A stretch of 64,000 nucleotides of DNA, taken from contig CAXXXF010000004.1 in assembly GCA_963667175.2 (NCBI GenBank), positions 320,001 through 384,000 of the forward strand, in the 5' to 3' direction. Position numbers and translations under genes: made by a program. Origin of the DNA: Candidatus Latescibacterota bacterium (GTDB taxonomy: Bacteria; Latescibacterota; UBA2968; GCA-2709665). Below are positions 28,978 to 39,638 of this stretch, in pieces; position 1 is the first letter of the stretch; every line of letters begins with the position of its first letter. Below the pieces are notes generated by a model. That model ran no database searches, was not told where the DNA came from, and saw nothing but the letters and a program-made list of their open reading frames with translations.

Positions 28978-29165
28978 ATCACTCCCCCCTTGAGGGGGAG
29001 TCGCCTGCCTGCGCCTGCCTGTCCCGTTGGAACGGCAGACAGGCCAAGCGGAGCGCCTGCCTGCCGCGGGAAGCGCAGCGGCGCAGGCAGGCGGCAGGCA
29101 GGCAGAAGCCGAGCCGATCCCTGAGCTTGTCGAAGGGCCGGCGAAGGCTGATGCGGTGGGGGGAT
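28978..29165. repeat. REP-like element with nested CCTGC...GCAGG palindromes
   Basis: ATCACTCCCCC.TTGAGGGGGAGTCG...GAAGCCGAGCCG...GTCGAAGGG...GGCTGATGC. Related copies at 39445-39520 (inverted) and 50497-50700. Confidence 0.75.
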
Positions 29166-29276
29166 CGCAACACATCTTTGCTAGCTGGCAACGTGAAAAT
29201 GACATGAACGCATTTCGCGGAGAAGTCTTACTGTAAGGCTCTAACGGCCGAACGGACAGGATTCGGTGAAATCCTC

Positions 29277-31688
29277 TCACTCGTCTCTGAGCGTATCGGC
29301 CGGATTCAGCGTTGCGGCCACATAGGTCTTGCAGCTGACTGCGAGCATAACAAAGGCAGACGCCAAAACGCCGCCTGCGATAATGGGTGCGATCAGGTCG
29401 ATTCTATAGACGAAACTCTGAAGCCACTCCCTTAACGCGAAGTAAGCGACGGGTCCGGCGCCGATGGCAGCCAGGATGACGATTTTCGTGAAGTCAATCG
29501 AAAGGCGCACCATCAGACGGGAAATGGACGTGCCGAACACCCTTCGGATTCCGATTTCCTTTGTCCTCCGGGCGACGGAGAAAGAGGTCAGACCAAAGGC
29601 GCCGAGACAAGCAAGACCCAATGCGAGAATTGCCGGGAGTCGAATGGCGTTCAGCCATTTTTCATCCTTCTTGTATTGGTCCCTCAGTTCGTCTTCGAGA
29701 AACCCGGCTCGAAAGGGCTGAGACGGCGCGATTTCCTGCCATTCCTTGCGTAAAATATCAAGGATGTCTCCGTTCTCGCCGGACGTCGACACAACGAATA
29801 ACAGGTCACAATACTCGGGTTCCAGGAAAATGACCGCGGGCGCCACCTGCTTGTGGAAGGACTTGAAGTGGAAGTCTCTGACCACGCCGATAATTGGCGC
29901 GTCTCCGTTGCCGTTCCAGTCGACGACCCGGTTTGCAGCGCTTTGCCATCCAAGCTGCTTCATGAGGGCCTGATTGATAATGACGGCGTTGCGGTCGGTC
30001 GATAGCAACCTGGAAAAATCCCTGCCCTCCATCATCGGAAACTCGAGTGTCTTCAAGAAACCATAGTCCACGGCAATCGTCTCCACGCCATGGACTTTCC
30101 TGCCCTCAGCTTCGGCAAAGCCGCCGATTGACTTTCGATTGCTGAGTGGATGTTGTCCCCGGGCAACGCCGATGACGTTCGGATATGATTCTATTTTCCG
30201 CGCATAAACATCCACCAGGCCCGGCGAAGATTCCCGCAATCCCCCGGTTTGGACGGCAATGACGCCGTCCGTACGGAAGCCTGGGTTCTTGTTTACAAGG
30301 AGATTGAGCTGGGCCGCCATCCCAAGGGCGCCCATCATCATGGTCATTGACATTGCCAACTGGATTACGAGCAGCATCCGCATGAGAAAACCGGGATTTA
30401 CGCTCTCGGGCCGGGCATATAGGACGTCGGCCGGCTCCAGGCGGGATAACGCCAGGGCAGGATATAGGCCAGCCCCTGTGCCAACGGCCACGGTGAGAAG
30501 AAGAACGAACAGCAACGTTGTAACGCTCAACTGCCCGGACATGCTGATCTTGGCCCCGACAAGGGAATTGAAGTGCGGCAGGATCGCGCTCACCAGTCCA
30601 AGGCCAATAACAAGGGCCATCAGCGCCATCAATACCGATTCCATGAGGAACTGAGACATAAACTGACGCTTTCCGGCGCCGAAAAGCCGGCGAACGCCCG
30701 CTTCTTTTGCGCGAGATAACCCGCGGCCGATGGCCAGTGCCGAATAGTTGACGCTCGAAATCGTAATCACAACGAGCGCGATTCCGAGAAAGACGTAGAT
30801 GTACACCGGATTGATTGCTCGTTCCACGCCGAAAGCGTGCGGGTCGAAACGCATTTCCTTAAGAGGTTGCAGCGACATGCTTATCTGAGCGGTTGCCGGC
30901 AGCCCCTGTGCTCGTTGTACGATTTCGGGCAGCCTGTCCTCAATATTTCGAGGCTCCATATGGTCGGGTAAGAAGACAAACGTCGTGGCGACGGGAACCA
31001 TCCACAAACCGAAATTCGGAGTTTCACGTGCGGAATCGGAGGGCGACCCTTCCTTCGCCACAACACGAACGTTTACAGATACCCATGAGTTCAGTAACTC
31101 ATCCGCGGCATCGGCGGGTACCAGACAATCGAACACAAGGCTGGAGTTCTCCGGAAGTCTTGACAGCACCCCGGTGACCGTATATGCCCTTCCCTTGTCT
31201 ATGGTAATGACCTCGCCCACCGGGTTTGTGCCCGGAAACAGTCTTCTCGCCACCTTCTCGGTGATCACAATTGAACGCACGTCGCGGAGCGCGGTTGACG
31301 CATCTCCGATGACCATTGGAAACGAAAAGACGTCCAGAAACGAGGGATCCACGTAACTCACCCGAAATCTCAACGACTTTTCCCCGAACGAGACAGAACC
31401 ACTGCGCTTGAAAATCCGCACCACCGTGACATCCGGCAACTCATGCGCAATGGCGGGCCCGAGAGGCCACGCTGTCCGGCTCATGCTTCGATCGCCGAAT
31501 TTCTGGTTGATTCTGTAGATGCGCTCCGCATTGACGTGAAAGTGATCGTAGGTCAACTCGTTGTATGCAAATACAACGGCAAGCATTCCGAATGCGAGCG
31601 CGACGGACAGTCCTCCGAGATTGATCAACGAAACCAGTTTGCTCTTGAACAAGCTTCTGAAAGCAAGTGTCATGTAGTTGCGCAACAT
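29277..31688 (-). CDS. ABC transporter permease, duplicated MacB/FtsX (ADOP-like) type
   Basis: MLRNYMTLAFRSL, two periplasmic/TM halves, RAKEAGVRRLFGA and RRTKEIGIRRVFG, C-terminal NPADTLRDE. Confidence 0.92.
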   Translation of the reverse strand: MLRNYMTLAFRSLFKSKLVSLINLGGLSVALAFGMLAVVFAYNELTYDHFHVNAERIYRINQKFGDRSMSRTAWPLGPAIAHELPDVTVVRIFKRSGSVSFGEKSLRFRVSYVDPSFLDVFSFPMVIGDASTALRDVRSIVITEKVARRLFPGTNPVGEVITIDKGRAYTVTGVLSRLPENSSLVFDCLVPADAADELLNSWVSVNVRVVAKEGSPSDSARETPNFGLWMVPVATTFVFLPDHMEPRNIEDRLPEIVQRAQGLPATAQISMSLQPLKEMRFDPHAFGVERAINPVYIYVFLGIALVVITISSVNYSALAIGRGLSRAKEAGVRRLFGAGKRQFMSQFLMESVLMALMALVIGLGLVSAILPHFNSLVGAKISMSGQLSVTTLLFVLLLTVAVGTGAGLYPALALSRLEPADVLYARPESVNPGFLMRMLLVIQLAMSMTMMMGALGMAAQLNLLVNKNPGFRTDGVIAVQTGGLRESSPGLVDVYARKIESYPNVIGVARGQHPLSNRKSIGGFAEAEGRKVHGVETIAVDYGFLKTLEFPMMEGRDFSRLLSTDRNAVIINQALMKQLGWQSAANRVVDWNGNGDAPIIGVVRDFHFKSFHKQVAPAVIFLEPEYCDLLFVVSTSGENGDILDILRKEWQEIAPSQPFRAGFLEDELRDQYKKDEKWLNAIRLPAILALGLACLGAFGLTSFSVARRTKEIGIRRVFGTSISRLMVRLSIDFTKIVILAAIGAGPVAYFALREWLQSFVYRIDLIAPIIAGGVLASAFVMLAVSCKTYVAATLNPADTLRDE

Positions 31689-31742
31689 CGTTCCAGCTCC
31701 CTTCCGGCCGATCGAACCCGTGACGGGTCTTGTCCGCCAATC

Positions 31743-31817
31743 CTATTCCGCGATGACGAACCCGGCGTCCTTCTCGGCGGTTTCACCGCTGTTCACGTCC
31801 CTGACGGTGACATTCGT
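31743..31817 (-). pseudogene. Orphan C-terminal remnant of a PWDxRG-type GWxTD gene
   Basis: Translates as NVTVRDVNSGETAEKDAGFVIAE*; compare SGEAVEKDAVFVIAE* at 52181. Confidence 0.75.
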
Positions 31818-31855
31818 GAATCTCTATTCGGCAGGTGACCGGGCGCCGCAAATAG

Positions 31856-32950
31856 CTAAGGTGTGTACGCCAGGATCTGATCCATCGTTTCTCCGTTTCT
31901 TGTTCCGCCGATAACCAGTACACGCCCGTCGCGAAGCACCGTCACCGTGTACAGGCTGTAGTCTCGCCCGATACTGTCGCCTGTGGGATGAAATGTCCCG
32001 TTTTCCGGGTCGTAGAGTACCACGTCGCCGCTGCGGAGGATGAGAAACACTTTCCCTGTGTGTAACACGGCGGCAGCTCGAATCTGCTCGTTGCCGGGAC
32101 TGCCAGCCCGCGAAAACGTCCCGGTGGAGGGGTCGTAACGCTCTGCGACCGTCACCTGCGCCGGAGAAGCTGGATCGCCTATTCTGCCGCCTGCAATCAA
32201 CACGCTGCCGTCCGGAAGCAGCAGCGCCGTGTGTCCGTACCGCTCGTGTGCCAGACCCGCGACCTTCGTAATGACATTGGACGACGGGTCGTAGACTTCA
32301 GAATCTCTAACCGCACGATCGGTGATCCCACCGGTAATCAAGGTCCGCCCATCCTGCAGCATGGTCGCCGTAAAGGCCCCGCGAGCGACCGCCAGCCTGT
32401 TCCTGAATTCAAACTCGCCCGTTTCAGGATCTATCGTCGTGATCACGCCGAATCGACCGAATGCAAGAATCTTTCCATTTGAAAGTAACGTAGACCTGGA
32501 GATTTTTTCGAATGCGGGATTGAACTGAAATGGCGTAAATTCGCCGGTTCGCGGATCGAATATTTCCACCGGGTAAGTCTTTGCACCGGTATGCTGAATC
32601 GCGCTCGCAAATACAACCCGACCGTCGGGCAGCAATGTTCCTTTGTCGCCCATTCGTGAGGTCGACATGCTGCCGGTTGCTCTGGAGGATCCAGTTTCGG
32701 GATCGAAAATTTCCGCACTGCTATGATACGTCGTATATGCACCGGACCCACCCGTCGCGGCGCCTCCACCGATAAGTACCCTTCCGTCCTGCAACAATGT
32801 CGAATAATGCCCGTACCGCTTGTCCGTCATGTGCCCGGCGACTGCAATGCCCTTCGGGCCTGCGTTTGAATCAATACCTGCAGGCACAGTTCCGCCGCAG
32901 CCCGTCAGAATCGATAAGATGATGAACGCCAGGATACTCTGCACGGACAT
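31856..32950 (-). CDS. Kelch-repeat lipoprotein (intact)
   Basis: Lipobox ILTGC; repeated H.STLLQDGRVLIGGG...EIFDP blades. Confidence 0.9.
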   Translation of the reverse strand: MSVQSILAFIILSILTGCGGTVPAGIDSNAGPKGIAVAGHMTDKRYGHYSTLLQDGRVLIGGGAATGGSGAYTTYHSSAEIFDPETGSSRATGSMSTSRMGDKGTLLPDGRVVFASAIQHTGAKTYPVEIFDPRTGEFTPFQFNPAFEKISRSTLLSNGKILAFGRFGVITTIDPETGEFEFRNRLAVARGAFTATMLQDGRTLITGGITDRAVRDSEVYDPSSNVITKVAGLAHERYGHTALLLPDGSVLIAGGRIGDPASPAQVTVAERYDPSTGTFSRAGSPGNEQIRAAAVLHTGKVFLILRSGDVVLYDPENGTFHPTGDSIGRDYSLYTVTVLRDGRVLVIGGTRNGETMDQILAYTP

Positions 32951-32962
32951 GCCGTTTCGTTC

Positions 32963-35900
32963 CTATCGCGCGATGACGAAGACCGCGTCTTTCTCCGCCG
33001 ATTGGCCGCTGTTCCTGTCGCTGATCGTTACCTTCAGCGTATATCGACCCGGGACCTGATCGGCGAGGTCCAATTCCACGTATTCCACTTCCTGCGGGTT
33101 CTCGCCCTGCTGTTCGTACGTGACGGCCAGTTCTTCTCTCGTGCCGGTCTTCCACCGGAACAGGCGCGAGACGTTGCTCAACGTGACCTGCGCGTCCGAG
33201 GACGTGATCGAATAGGATACGTAATAGTCCGTCCGGCCGAACGCGTCCTTCGCCAGGTTGTAGATTTCGTAGTAGACGAAGACGCCCTGACCCCTTTTGT
33301 ACGTCCGGGACGGCATGGGAACGACGTTCAGGTTGCCCTTGCTAAAACGGCTGTCCGCTTTTTCCGCGGCTACATGCCAGGCCAGTTCCAGGTCGCTGAT
33401 CTGCAGCCGGTCTTCACCGTACGGCTCCACGACAACGTGCTGACGATAGGCGCCCACGCGCCCCCTGAGCCGGTCCTGCGCCCTCACCTCCAGCCGGTAG
33501 GCGCCCGGCGGCAGGTTCAGCTTCAGCACGCCGGGGACCTGGATGCCCTCCCCCGCCTGGTTGCCGGCGGCTTCATACGTGAACCCGTCCGATTGCCGGT
33601 AGACCGTGTCCAGCGCGGATGATATGAGCGCCGCGTGGTGCGTGAGTACCTGCCGTGTGACGTCCTCTTCCGGAACGTAGTGGGCGGGAAGGATAGGGAC
33701 GCCGTAGTAAATTTCCAGGAGGCTGCGCTCGTCTTCCCCCCTGAAGTCCGCCAGCGAGTAGTGGAAATCCAGCGGCGCCGTTTCCTCTTCGGGCGCATAG
33801 TAATTGGGCGCTACCCGGGCGGCTCTCTTGTAGACCTCTCCTGGTGAGTGCGTTCTCAACTTCGCGGTCTGCCTGAGCTCTATGTCCCCCCGGTTGGGCG
33901 GCATGGGGGCGTATTCATACGTTCCCGCGCCGAATTCATCCGTAAACGTGATTTCAATGCCGCCGCCCACGTCCGTGTAGATCCACGTTTCCCATGGGAT
34001 GGTGCTCATGTCTTCGCCGGAGGTAACCGGATGATAGTTGCCGAAGCCCAGCCGCTTGTCCATGGGCAGGGTTCCCAGCCTCACCGTATCCATGACGTCC
34101 TCCGACGGTACAGCTTCGTTCATCCCGCCGCCAACAAAAGAGGCCTCGCCACCGCCTCCGGCCCCCCCGCCACCGCCAGCTGCTCCCGTCTGGCTGAGTC
34201 CCGGCGTCTCCGCTTCTCGAAACTCGTACCAGGATCCTTCCAGCCGACGCTTGCCGCGTATGGGAAAGACCGGCCCCATAAACGTCGCCTCCATTGCGTC
34301 CGCGCCGTAGATGCCCGCGGCCAGACGTTCCTTGACCCGCTGGACCGCGAGGCTCTGCCGGTAGTTGGGTTGATCCGACCTGGACCGGTGGTCCGGTTCC
34401 CCGAAACGGATATAGACCTCGCCCCTGACGTCCCACGGCTGCTTGTTCTCCGAGAATTCCGTGAGCGCGTTCCAGACGCGCCGGTAGTGTTCCAGCTGGC
34501 GTTCATTTACCGGCGTGGACAGGTCCGGGTCCCGGTCGTTCCAGAATCGTTTCAGGAACGCGGCGCGGTCGAGCTCGGGCGTATTCTTGAATTCGGCGAT
34601 TTCCTCGGACGACGAAACGAGCCGGATATCTTCGTACAATAACCTTTCTTCGGCGGGGAGTTTCGATACATAGTCCTGAAAGAACTCCATCGCCATGTCC
34701 TGCTTACCCTGCTTCATGGACGCCTGGGCGACGATGGGCATGAGTTCAATCGCATCGGGGTTCTGCTCCACGAAACCGAGCAGTTTTGCCATGATTTTTT
34801 CGTAGTCTTCGATCATCAGATACGCAATGCCCAGCCGGCTGCGCAGGCTGGTATCGTCAGGGCGCAGCGCCATGTAACGGGTATACCAGACGATGGCCTG
34901 CTCGTAGTCCTTCCAGAAATCGGCGTGCCAGTCGCCCATCAGGAGGTAGGCGTCCGCGTAGTTCGGGTCGAGTTCCAGCACCCGGTCCACCGCGCGGCCC
35001 ACGTCGTATTCATTCATCTGGTAGCGCATTCTGGCGATCTGATACCGGGCGTCCACGTACCCGTGGTCCCGGGCGAGCGCTTCCTGGAAATAGTGGATGG
35101 CCAGGTTGCGTTCCTTCGGAAGCTCCCCGTACACCAGGCCCACTCCGTAATAGGCCCTGGCGCCGCCCTGTAGCGAGATGGCTTTCTTGAAGGCCCACAT
35201 CGCACGCTCGTAGTCTTCCGCCTCGTGGTACGCATGTCCCAATTCAATGTGGAGGGGCGCGTCCTTCGGCCGCTGGACGGCCACAAGCCGGAACAGGGCC
35301 GCTGCCTCCTTGAGCCGGTCCTCGCGTGTGTGCGCCAGCACGACGGCGAAGAGAGAGTCCACCGTATCGGAACGCATGTCCACCGCTTCGAGCCGCCGGT
35401 CGCCTGTCGTTTCCGTCAGGTGGAGATACCGGTCCCGGTGCCAGAAACAGGCCAGGACAGGCAGGCCGGGCGCGGCCTGGGGGCTGTAGAGATATCTGAC
35501 CTGCGGATCCGATTCGGGAATCGCAGGACAGCTGAAGAGAACGTCGAGGACGTCCGCGTCTCTCTTGCGTTCCGCCTCGCTGGAAGCCTGCGTTTCGGCT
35601 TTCTGTTTTACCCACCGACGGAGAATGCCGTGGTCTGCAGGAAGCGCGTCGTGGATTTCCGCATAGCCGCGCGCCAGATCGTTCAAGACAATCATGTGTT
35701 CCAGGCAGACACGCTCGTTTGCGGCAGTCTTCGGTCGAAGTTGCTGTTCGCGCAGCGTTGCCACGTACGCAAGGCAACTTGCCCTCGAGACGCCGAGTTT
35801 CTTGTGGCGCTTGTGGAGAGCCTCGAACATCCGCTCCACGGCCTTTCGCGCGTCCTTCTCCCTGTGCCGGTCCGCCCGATGCGCGGCGGAGTTCATCCGG

Positions 35901-36745
35901 CTGTATCGAATCAATCCTCTCTGCAGCGCGGCAAGCGCCCTCTGCAGCGAGACCTGTTCGCCGGAAGACAGCGTGGTGTTCAGATCGGTCCCCTGCGCGT
36001 TTGGGACATCCCGAACGTTGGCGTTGTCCGAGGCAGTTTCGCTGCCCACTTCGCCGGTTGCCGCGCGCACGAACTTCACATCTTCAGACGTCGTATCGCT
36101 CCCGACGAAATAGACTCTCGCGCCGTCTGCAGACCACCGCGGGGCGCCGGTCGTCCTGCGTTTCAAGAGTTGCGTTGCCTTTCCCGTTCGGTCCACCGTC
36201 CATAGCCCGGGCCGACCTCCGTCCGCGACGTCGCCCCACTCGCCGCGAATTGCGAGACGATTCCCTTCCGGAGAAACGGCAATGCCCATTGGATTCAGTT
36301 CAGGCGGGAGCGGCCAGCGGCTCTCGTCCGAACCGTCCACGCTGACAAGCCAGATACGGTTCCTGACGATCGGCAGGGTGCGGCCGCCCGCGAGATACGA
36401 ACCGAAGGCCGGATATCTGAGGCTTCGTTCGAGATAGACCAGGGCGCTGGCATCCGGCAGGAATTCCAGGGCGCCCGCCGCGCCCGGATAGGTCCTTAGC
36501 CGCCGGGGACTCTCGCCATCTCCTCGCGACAGCCATATTTCCGTCAGCAACGCCCTCCGTTCGCCATGTTCCACGGCACAGGCGCGCATCCGCCCGTCGG
36601 GAGACGTCACCGGGCGAGTCTCCGCTGACGAAGAGGGCCGAGGGCATAGCAGCGTTGTGAAAAGCAACACGAACCCGACCGCGAGTGCGGTATCTGGAGC
36701 CGTCCCGTCGGTCTTCCGGTTGACGGTGGTCTTAGAATCGGTCAT
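32963..36745 (-). CDS. Large exported TPR + GWxTD-domain protein (PWDxRG subtype) with propeller segment
   Basis: ORF to 36793; likely start MTDSK at 36745. PWDVRGEVYIRFGEPD; paralog of 5661..9392. Confidence 0.85.
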   Translation of the reverse strand: MTDSKTTVNRKTDGTAPDTALAVGFVLLFTTLLCPRPSSSAETRPVTSPDGRMRACAVEHGERRALLTEIWLSRGDGESPRRLRTYPGAAGALEFLPDASALVYLERSLRYPAFGSYLAGGRTLPIVRNRIWLVSVDGSDESRWPLPPELNPMGIAVSPEGNRLAIRGEWGDVADGGRPGLWTVDRTGKATQLLKRRTTGAPRWSADGARVYFVGSDTTSEDVKFVRAATGEVGSETASDNANVRDVPNAQGTDLNTTLSSGEQVSLQRALAALQRGLIRYSRMNSAAHRADRHREKDARKAVERMFEALHKRHKKLGVSRASCLAYVATLREQQLRPKTAANERVCLEHMIVLNDLARGYAEIHDALPADHGILRRWVKQKAETQASSEAERKRDADVLDVLFSCPAIPESDPQVRYLYSPQAAPGLPVLACFWHRDRYLHLTETTGDRRLEAVDMRSDTVDSLFAVVLAHTREDRLKEAAALFRLVAVQRPKDAPLHIELGHAYHEAEDYERAMWAFKKAISLQGGARAYYGVGLVYGELPKERNLAIHYFQEALARDHGYVDARYQIARMRYQMNEYDVGRAVDRVLELDPNYADAYLLMGDWHADFWKDYEQAIVWYTRYMALRPDDTSLRSRLGIAYLMIEDYEKIMAKLLGFVEQNPDAIELMPIVAQASMKQGKQDMAMEFFQDYVSKLPAEERLLYEDIRLVSSSEEIAEFKNTPELDRAAFLKRFWNDRDPDLSTPVNERQLEHYRRVWNALTEFSENKQPWDVRGEVYIRFGEPDHRSRSDQPNYRQSLAVQRVKERLAAGIYGADAMEATFMGPVFPIRGKRRLEGSWYEFREAETPGLSQTGAAGGGGGAGGGGEASFVGGGMNEAVPSEDVMDTVRLGTLPMDKRLGFGNYHPVTSGEDMSTIPWETWIYTDVGGGIEITFTDEFGAGTYEYAPMPPNRGDIELRQTAKLRTHSPGEVYKRAARVAPNYYAPEEETAPLDFHYSLADFRGEDERSLLEIYYGVPILPAHYVPEEDVTRQVLTHHAALISSALDTVYRQSDGFTYEAAGNQAGEGIQVPGVLKLNLPPGAYRLEVRAQDRLRGRVGAYRQHVVVEPYGEDRLQISDLELAWHVAAEKADSRFSKGNLNVVPMPSRTYKRGQGVFVYYEIYNLAKDAFGRTDYYVSYSITSSDAQVTLSNVSRLFRWKTGTREELAVTYEQQGENPQEVEYVELDLADQVPGRYTLKVTISDRNSGQSAEKDAVFVIAR

Positions 36746-36857
36746 TTGTCCTGTCCCGGCGGCAGCATACGAAGAAAACATCGTGAAGCACAATGCTCAA
36801 GGACACTGACTCTTGAAACAACGGCTATTGACTTCAGCTGGACTCACTGCATAGCAT

Positions 36858-37904
36858 TCATCGGCGCTCCATCAGCACGCGAATTCCAGTGTATTCTCCC
36901 CATCCTCGGCCCCGCCTGCGAACTGCCGAACGCACTTCCGGAGCAGTGTCCAGATACGATCCCCCTTTGACGACGTGGAGTGTACCCGGCCACCCGACAT
37001 TGACGACTACAGCCGGCGCAGGTCCTTCGGGGCCTTTTGGATCGATCCGTGACTCTTCTGAATACGGACCGTAGAAATCCTGTACCCATTCCCATACGTT
37101 TCCGTGCATATCGTAAAGGCCCCACGGATTCGGAAAGACGCCCCCTGCTTCCTGTGCCTCCGGGCTTCCGTAGACGACGCGCCCGTCGTCCTTGATGGTC
37201 GCCGTACGCGAGTTCTGATAAAAACGTGCGTAGTCAACGATACGCGTTGAGTCGTTGCCGAAGAACCACCGCGTCGTCGTTCCGGCTCTGCACGCGTATT
37301 CCCACTCCGCCTCCGTGGGCAACCGGAAAATTCCTCTGCCGTTAACTTCGTTCATTTTGCGGAAGAATGTCTCAACGTCCCGCCAGCGCAATCTGTGGGC
37401 AGGAAAATTCGCTCTTGAGGGGTCCTGAGTGTACACACCCAATAACCACGGCCGCGTATTCATCACGCTCTCCCACTGCGTCCGGGTGAGTTCGTATCTG
37501 GCCAGGTAGAAACCCTTTGTGATAATGACCTCATGCCGCGGACCCTCGTCCTCATCCCGGCCAGGCTCAGTATCGGGCGACCCCATCATAAACCTTCCGG
37601 GTTGGATCCACACCATCTCCAACTTTGCACCGCCGGGAAGCGTCACCGTGATCTCCGCTTCCGGCATTCCCTCGCCAAACCGCTTCGCGAAGAGGATGAA
37701 ATCCGAAAAATCGACGCTTCCGTTGCCGTCGAGGTCGAAACTGGATTGATTCGACCCGAACGCCTGTGCGAAAAGGATGAAATCCCCGAAATCCACGATT
37801 CCGTTGGCGTCGAAGTCGGCATCGCGGGACTGTGCCATCAGAAGTTGGTTCAGGCTCAGTACACCCAAAACGGCGAATATCAGCGCGATCGTCTTTCGTC
37901 TCAT
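36858..37904 (-). CDS. Exported dockerin/EF-hand-like + FGE-sulfatase (SUMF1/CLec-fold) protein 1
   Basis: Signal peptide; DFDANGIVDFGDF...DLDGNGSVDFSDF; RLPTEAEWEYACRAG; NPWGLYDMHGNVWEW. Confidence 0.9.
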   Translation of the reverse strand: MRRKTIALIFAVLGVLSLNQLLMAQSRDADFDANGIVDFGDFILFAQAFGSNQSSFDLDGNGSVDFSDFILFAKRFGEGMPEAEITVTLPGGAKLEMVWIQPGRFMMGSPDTEPGRDEDEGPRHEVIITKGFYLARYELTRTQWESVMNTRPWLLGVYTQDPSRANFPAHRLRWRDVETFFRKMNEVNGRGIFRLPTEAEWEYACRAGTTTRWFFGNDSTRIVDYARFYQNSRTATIKDDGRVVYGSPEAQEAGGVFPNPWGLYDMHGNVWEWVQDFYGPYSEESRIDPKGPEGPAPAVVVNVGWPGTLHVVKGGSYLDTAPEVRSAVRRRGRGWGEYTGIRVLMERR

Positions 37905-37924
37905 GGTTCCACGGCTCCGTTTAA

Positions 37925-38137
37925 CCTCAATTCGAAAAAGATAACCGCTAAATCAGCCACAAAAAGCACAAAAGTCACAAAAGGTATCGGCGCCAAACGG
38001 GGCGTAAAGGTCGTCCAAATGGACAATTCTTCCGTTCACGTCCAGTGACCTGAAATATCCTGGATATCCGACGTCAAATCGCCTTTATTCACCTGGATAT
38101 ATTCGATATAACGTCACCGGAGAATTACGAATCAAGG
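37925..38137. mobile_element. MITE copy 2 (inverted relative to copy 1)
   Basis: CCTCAATTCG...CGAATCAAGG flanked by duplicated TTAA; aligns end to end with the reverse complement of 21135-21349. Confidence 0.8.
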
Positions 38138-38248
38138 TTAACTGCTTAGCCCGAAACGGCCGGCGAATCGTGGCGGGACTCGAATCTCCTGGAGTACCGA
38201 TACGTCGCATACAACCCGGAAGAAATCTCCTATCTGCCATCGCTTGAT

Positions 38249-39283
38249 TTATCTATGTTCCATCACAACTCGAAAGCCAGTGAAGATACTTTGCCCCATT
38301 GCACGATAACGGACAGCAGACCGTACCGATCTGGGGCGGTCGTTGTACGCTCCCCCTCTTGAGACGTAGCTATTTTCCGGTGCGTGTCCTTCGGTTGGCC
38401 ACTCCGGCCCCTTGGGGTCAATCTGCGGTTGTGCCGAATACGGACCATAGAAGCTCTGCACCCACTCACGTGCGTTCCCGTGCATATCGTATAGCCCCCA
38501 CGGATTCGGAAAGACGCCACCTGTCTCCTGTGCCTCCGGGCTTCCATACGCAATGCTTCCGTCATCTCTTACGATCACCATCCGTGAGTTTTCAATATAA
38601 CGTGCGTAATCCGCGATACGGGTCGAATCCTCTCCGAATGACCAGCGGGTTGTCGTGCCGGCCCTGCACGCGTATTCCCACTCCGCCTCCGTCGGCAATC
38701 GGAAAAGTTCCTTTCCTTCCGATTCGTTTAGTCGAAGAATGAACGTCTCAACTGCTCGCCACGCCATGTTGACGGCTGGATACTTTGATTTTTCGGGATC
38801 TTCGAAAGTGCCGGCCCAATCCCAAGGCCGTGTGTTCATGACACTCTCCCATTGCGCTCGTGTGACTTCGTACTTGCCCAGGTAGAATCCTTTTGTGATG
38901 GTGACTTGATGTTGGGGACCCTCGTCGTCATACCGACCCGGCTCAGAATCGGGCGATCCCATCAGGAACCTGCCGGGTTCGATCCAGACCATTTCGAGTT
39001 TCGCACCACCTGGAAGCGTTACCGTGACGTCCTCTTGCGGCACACCCTCACCAAATTGCTCAGCAAATAGGATAAAATCCGGAAAATCGACGATTCCGTT
39101 TCCGTCGAGGTCGAAATTGGATTGCTCAGACCCGAACGCCTGTGCGAACAGGACGAAATCTCCAAAGTCCACAATACCATTGGCGTCGAAATCGGGATTG
39201 CGGGTGGATTGGGCGATCAGAAGCTGGTTCAGGCCCAACAAAGCCAGAACGGCGAAGTTCAGCGTGATTGACTTTCGTCTCAT
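38249..39283 (-). CDS. Exported dockerin-like + FGE-sulfatase-fold protein 2
   Basis: Same architecture and motifs as 36858..37904. Confidence 0.9.
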   Translation of the reverse strand: MRRKSITLNFAVLALLGLNQLLIAQSTRNPDFDANGIVDFGDFVLFAQAFGSEQSNFDLDGNGIVDFPDFILFAEQFGEGVPQEDVTVTLPGGAKLEMVWIEPGRFLMGSPDSEPGRYDDEGPQHQVTITKGFYLGKYEVTRAQWESVMNTRPWDWAGTFEDPEKSKYPAVNMAWRAVETFILRLNESEGKELFRLPTEAEWEYACRAGTTTRWSFGEDSTRIADYARYIENSRMVIVRDDGSIAYGSPEAQETGGVFPNPWGLYDMHGNAREWVQSFYGPYSAQPQIDPKGPEWPTEGHAPENSYVSRGGAYNDRPRSVRSAVRYRAMGQSIFTGFRVVMEHR

Positions 39284-39638
39284 GGTTCCACGGCTCCTCT
39301 AGCCTGCTTAGCCCGAAACTGCCCGCGAATCGCATGCCGGACTCGAATTTCGGAGAGCCCCGGTACGTCGCAAGCAGCAAGACCATCCAATAAGATTAAG
39401 AAAAGTTATTTTCAATATAAATCAAGGGTTCAAATGTCCGACCCCTCGCGGCTTCGCTGTGCTCATCCCTGCCTGTGCCTGCACGGCAGGCAGGCGACTC
39501 CCCCTCAAGGGGGGAGTGATTGCAACGTCAAACGGGTTCAGACGTTCACTTCGATCTATGTGGTTGCGGCTCAACAGAGCGGAGCCCGATAGGTTATTTT
39601 CCGAAAGGTTAGCATGTGCGACTGTAAGTCCGGATCGT

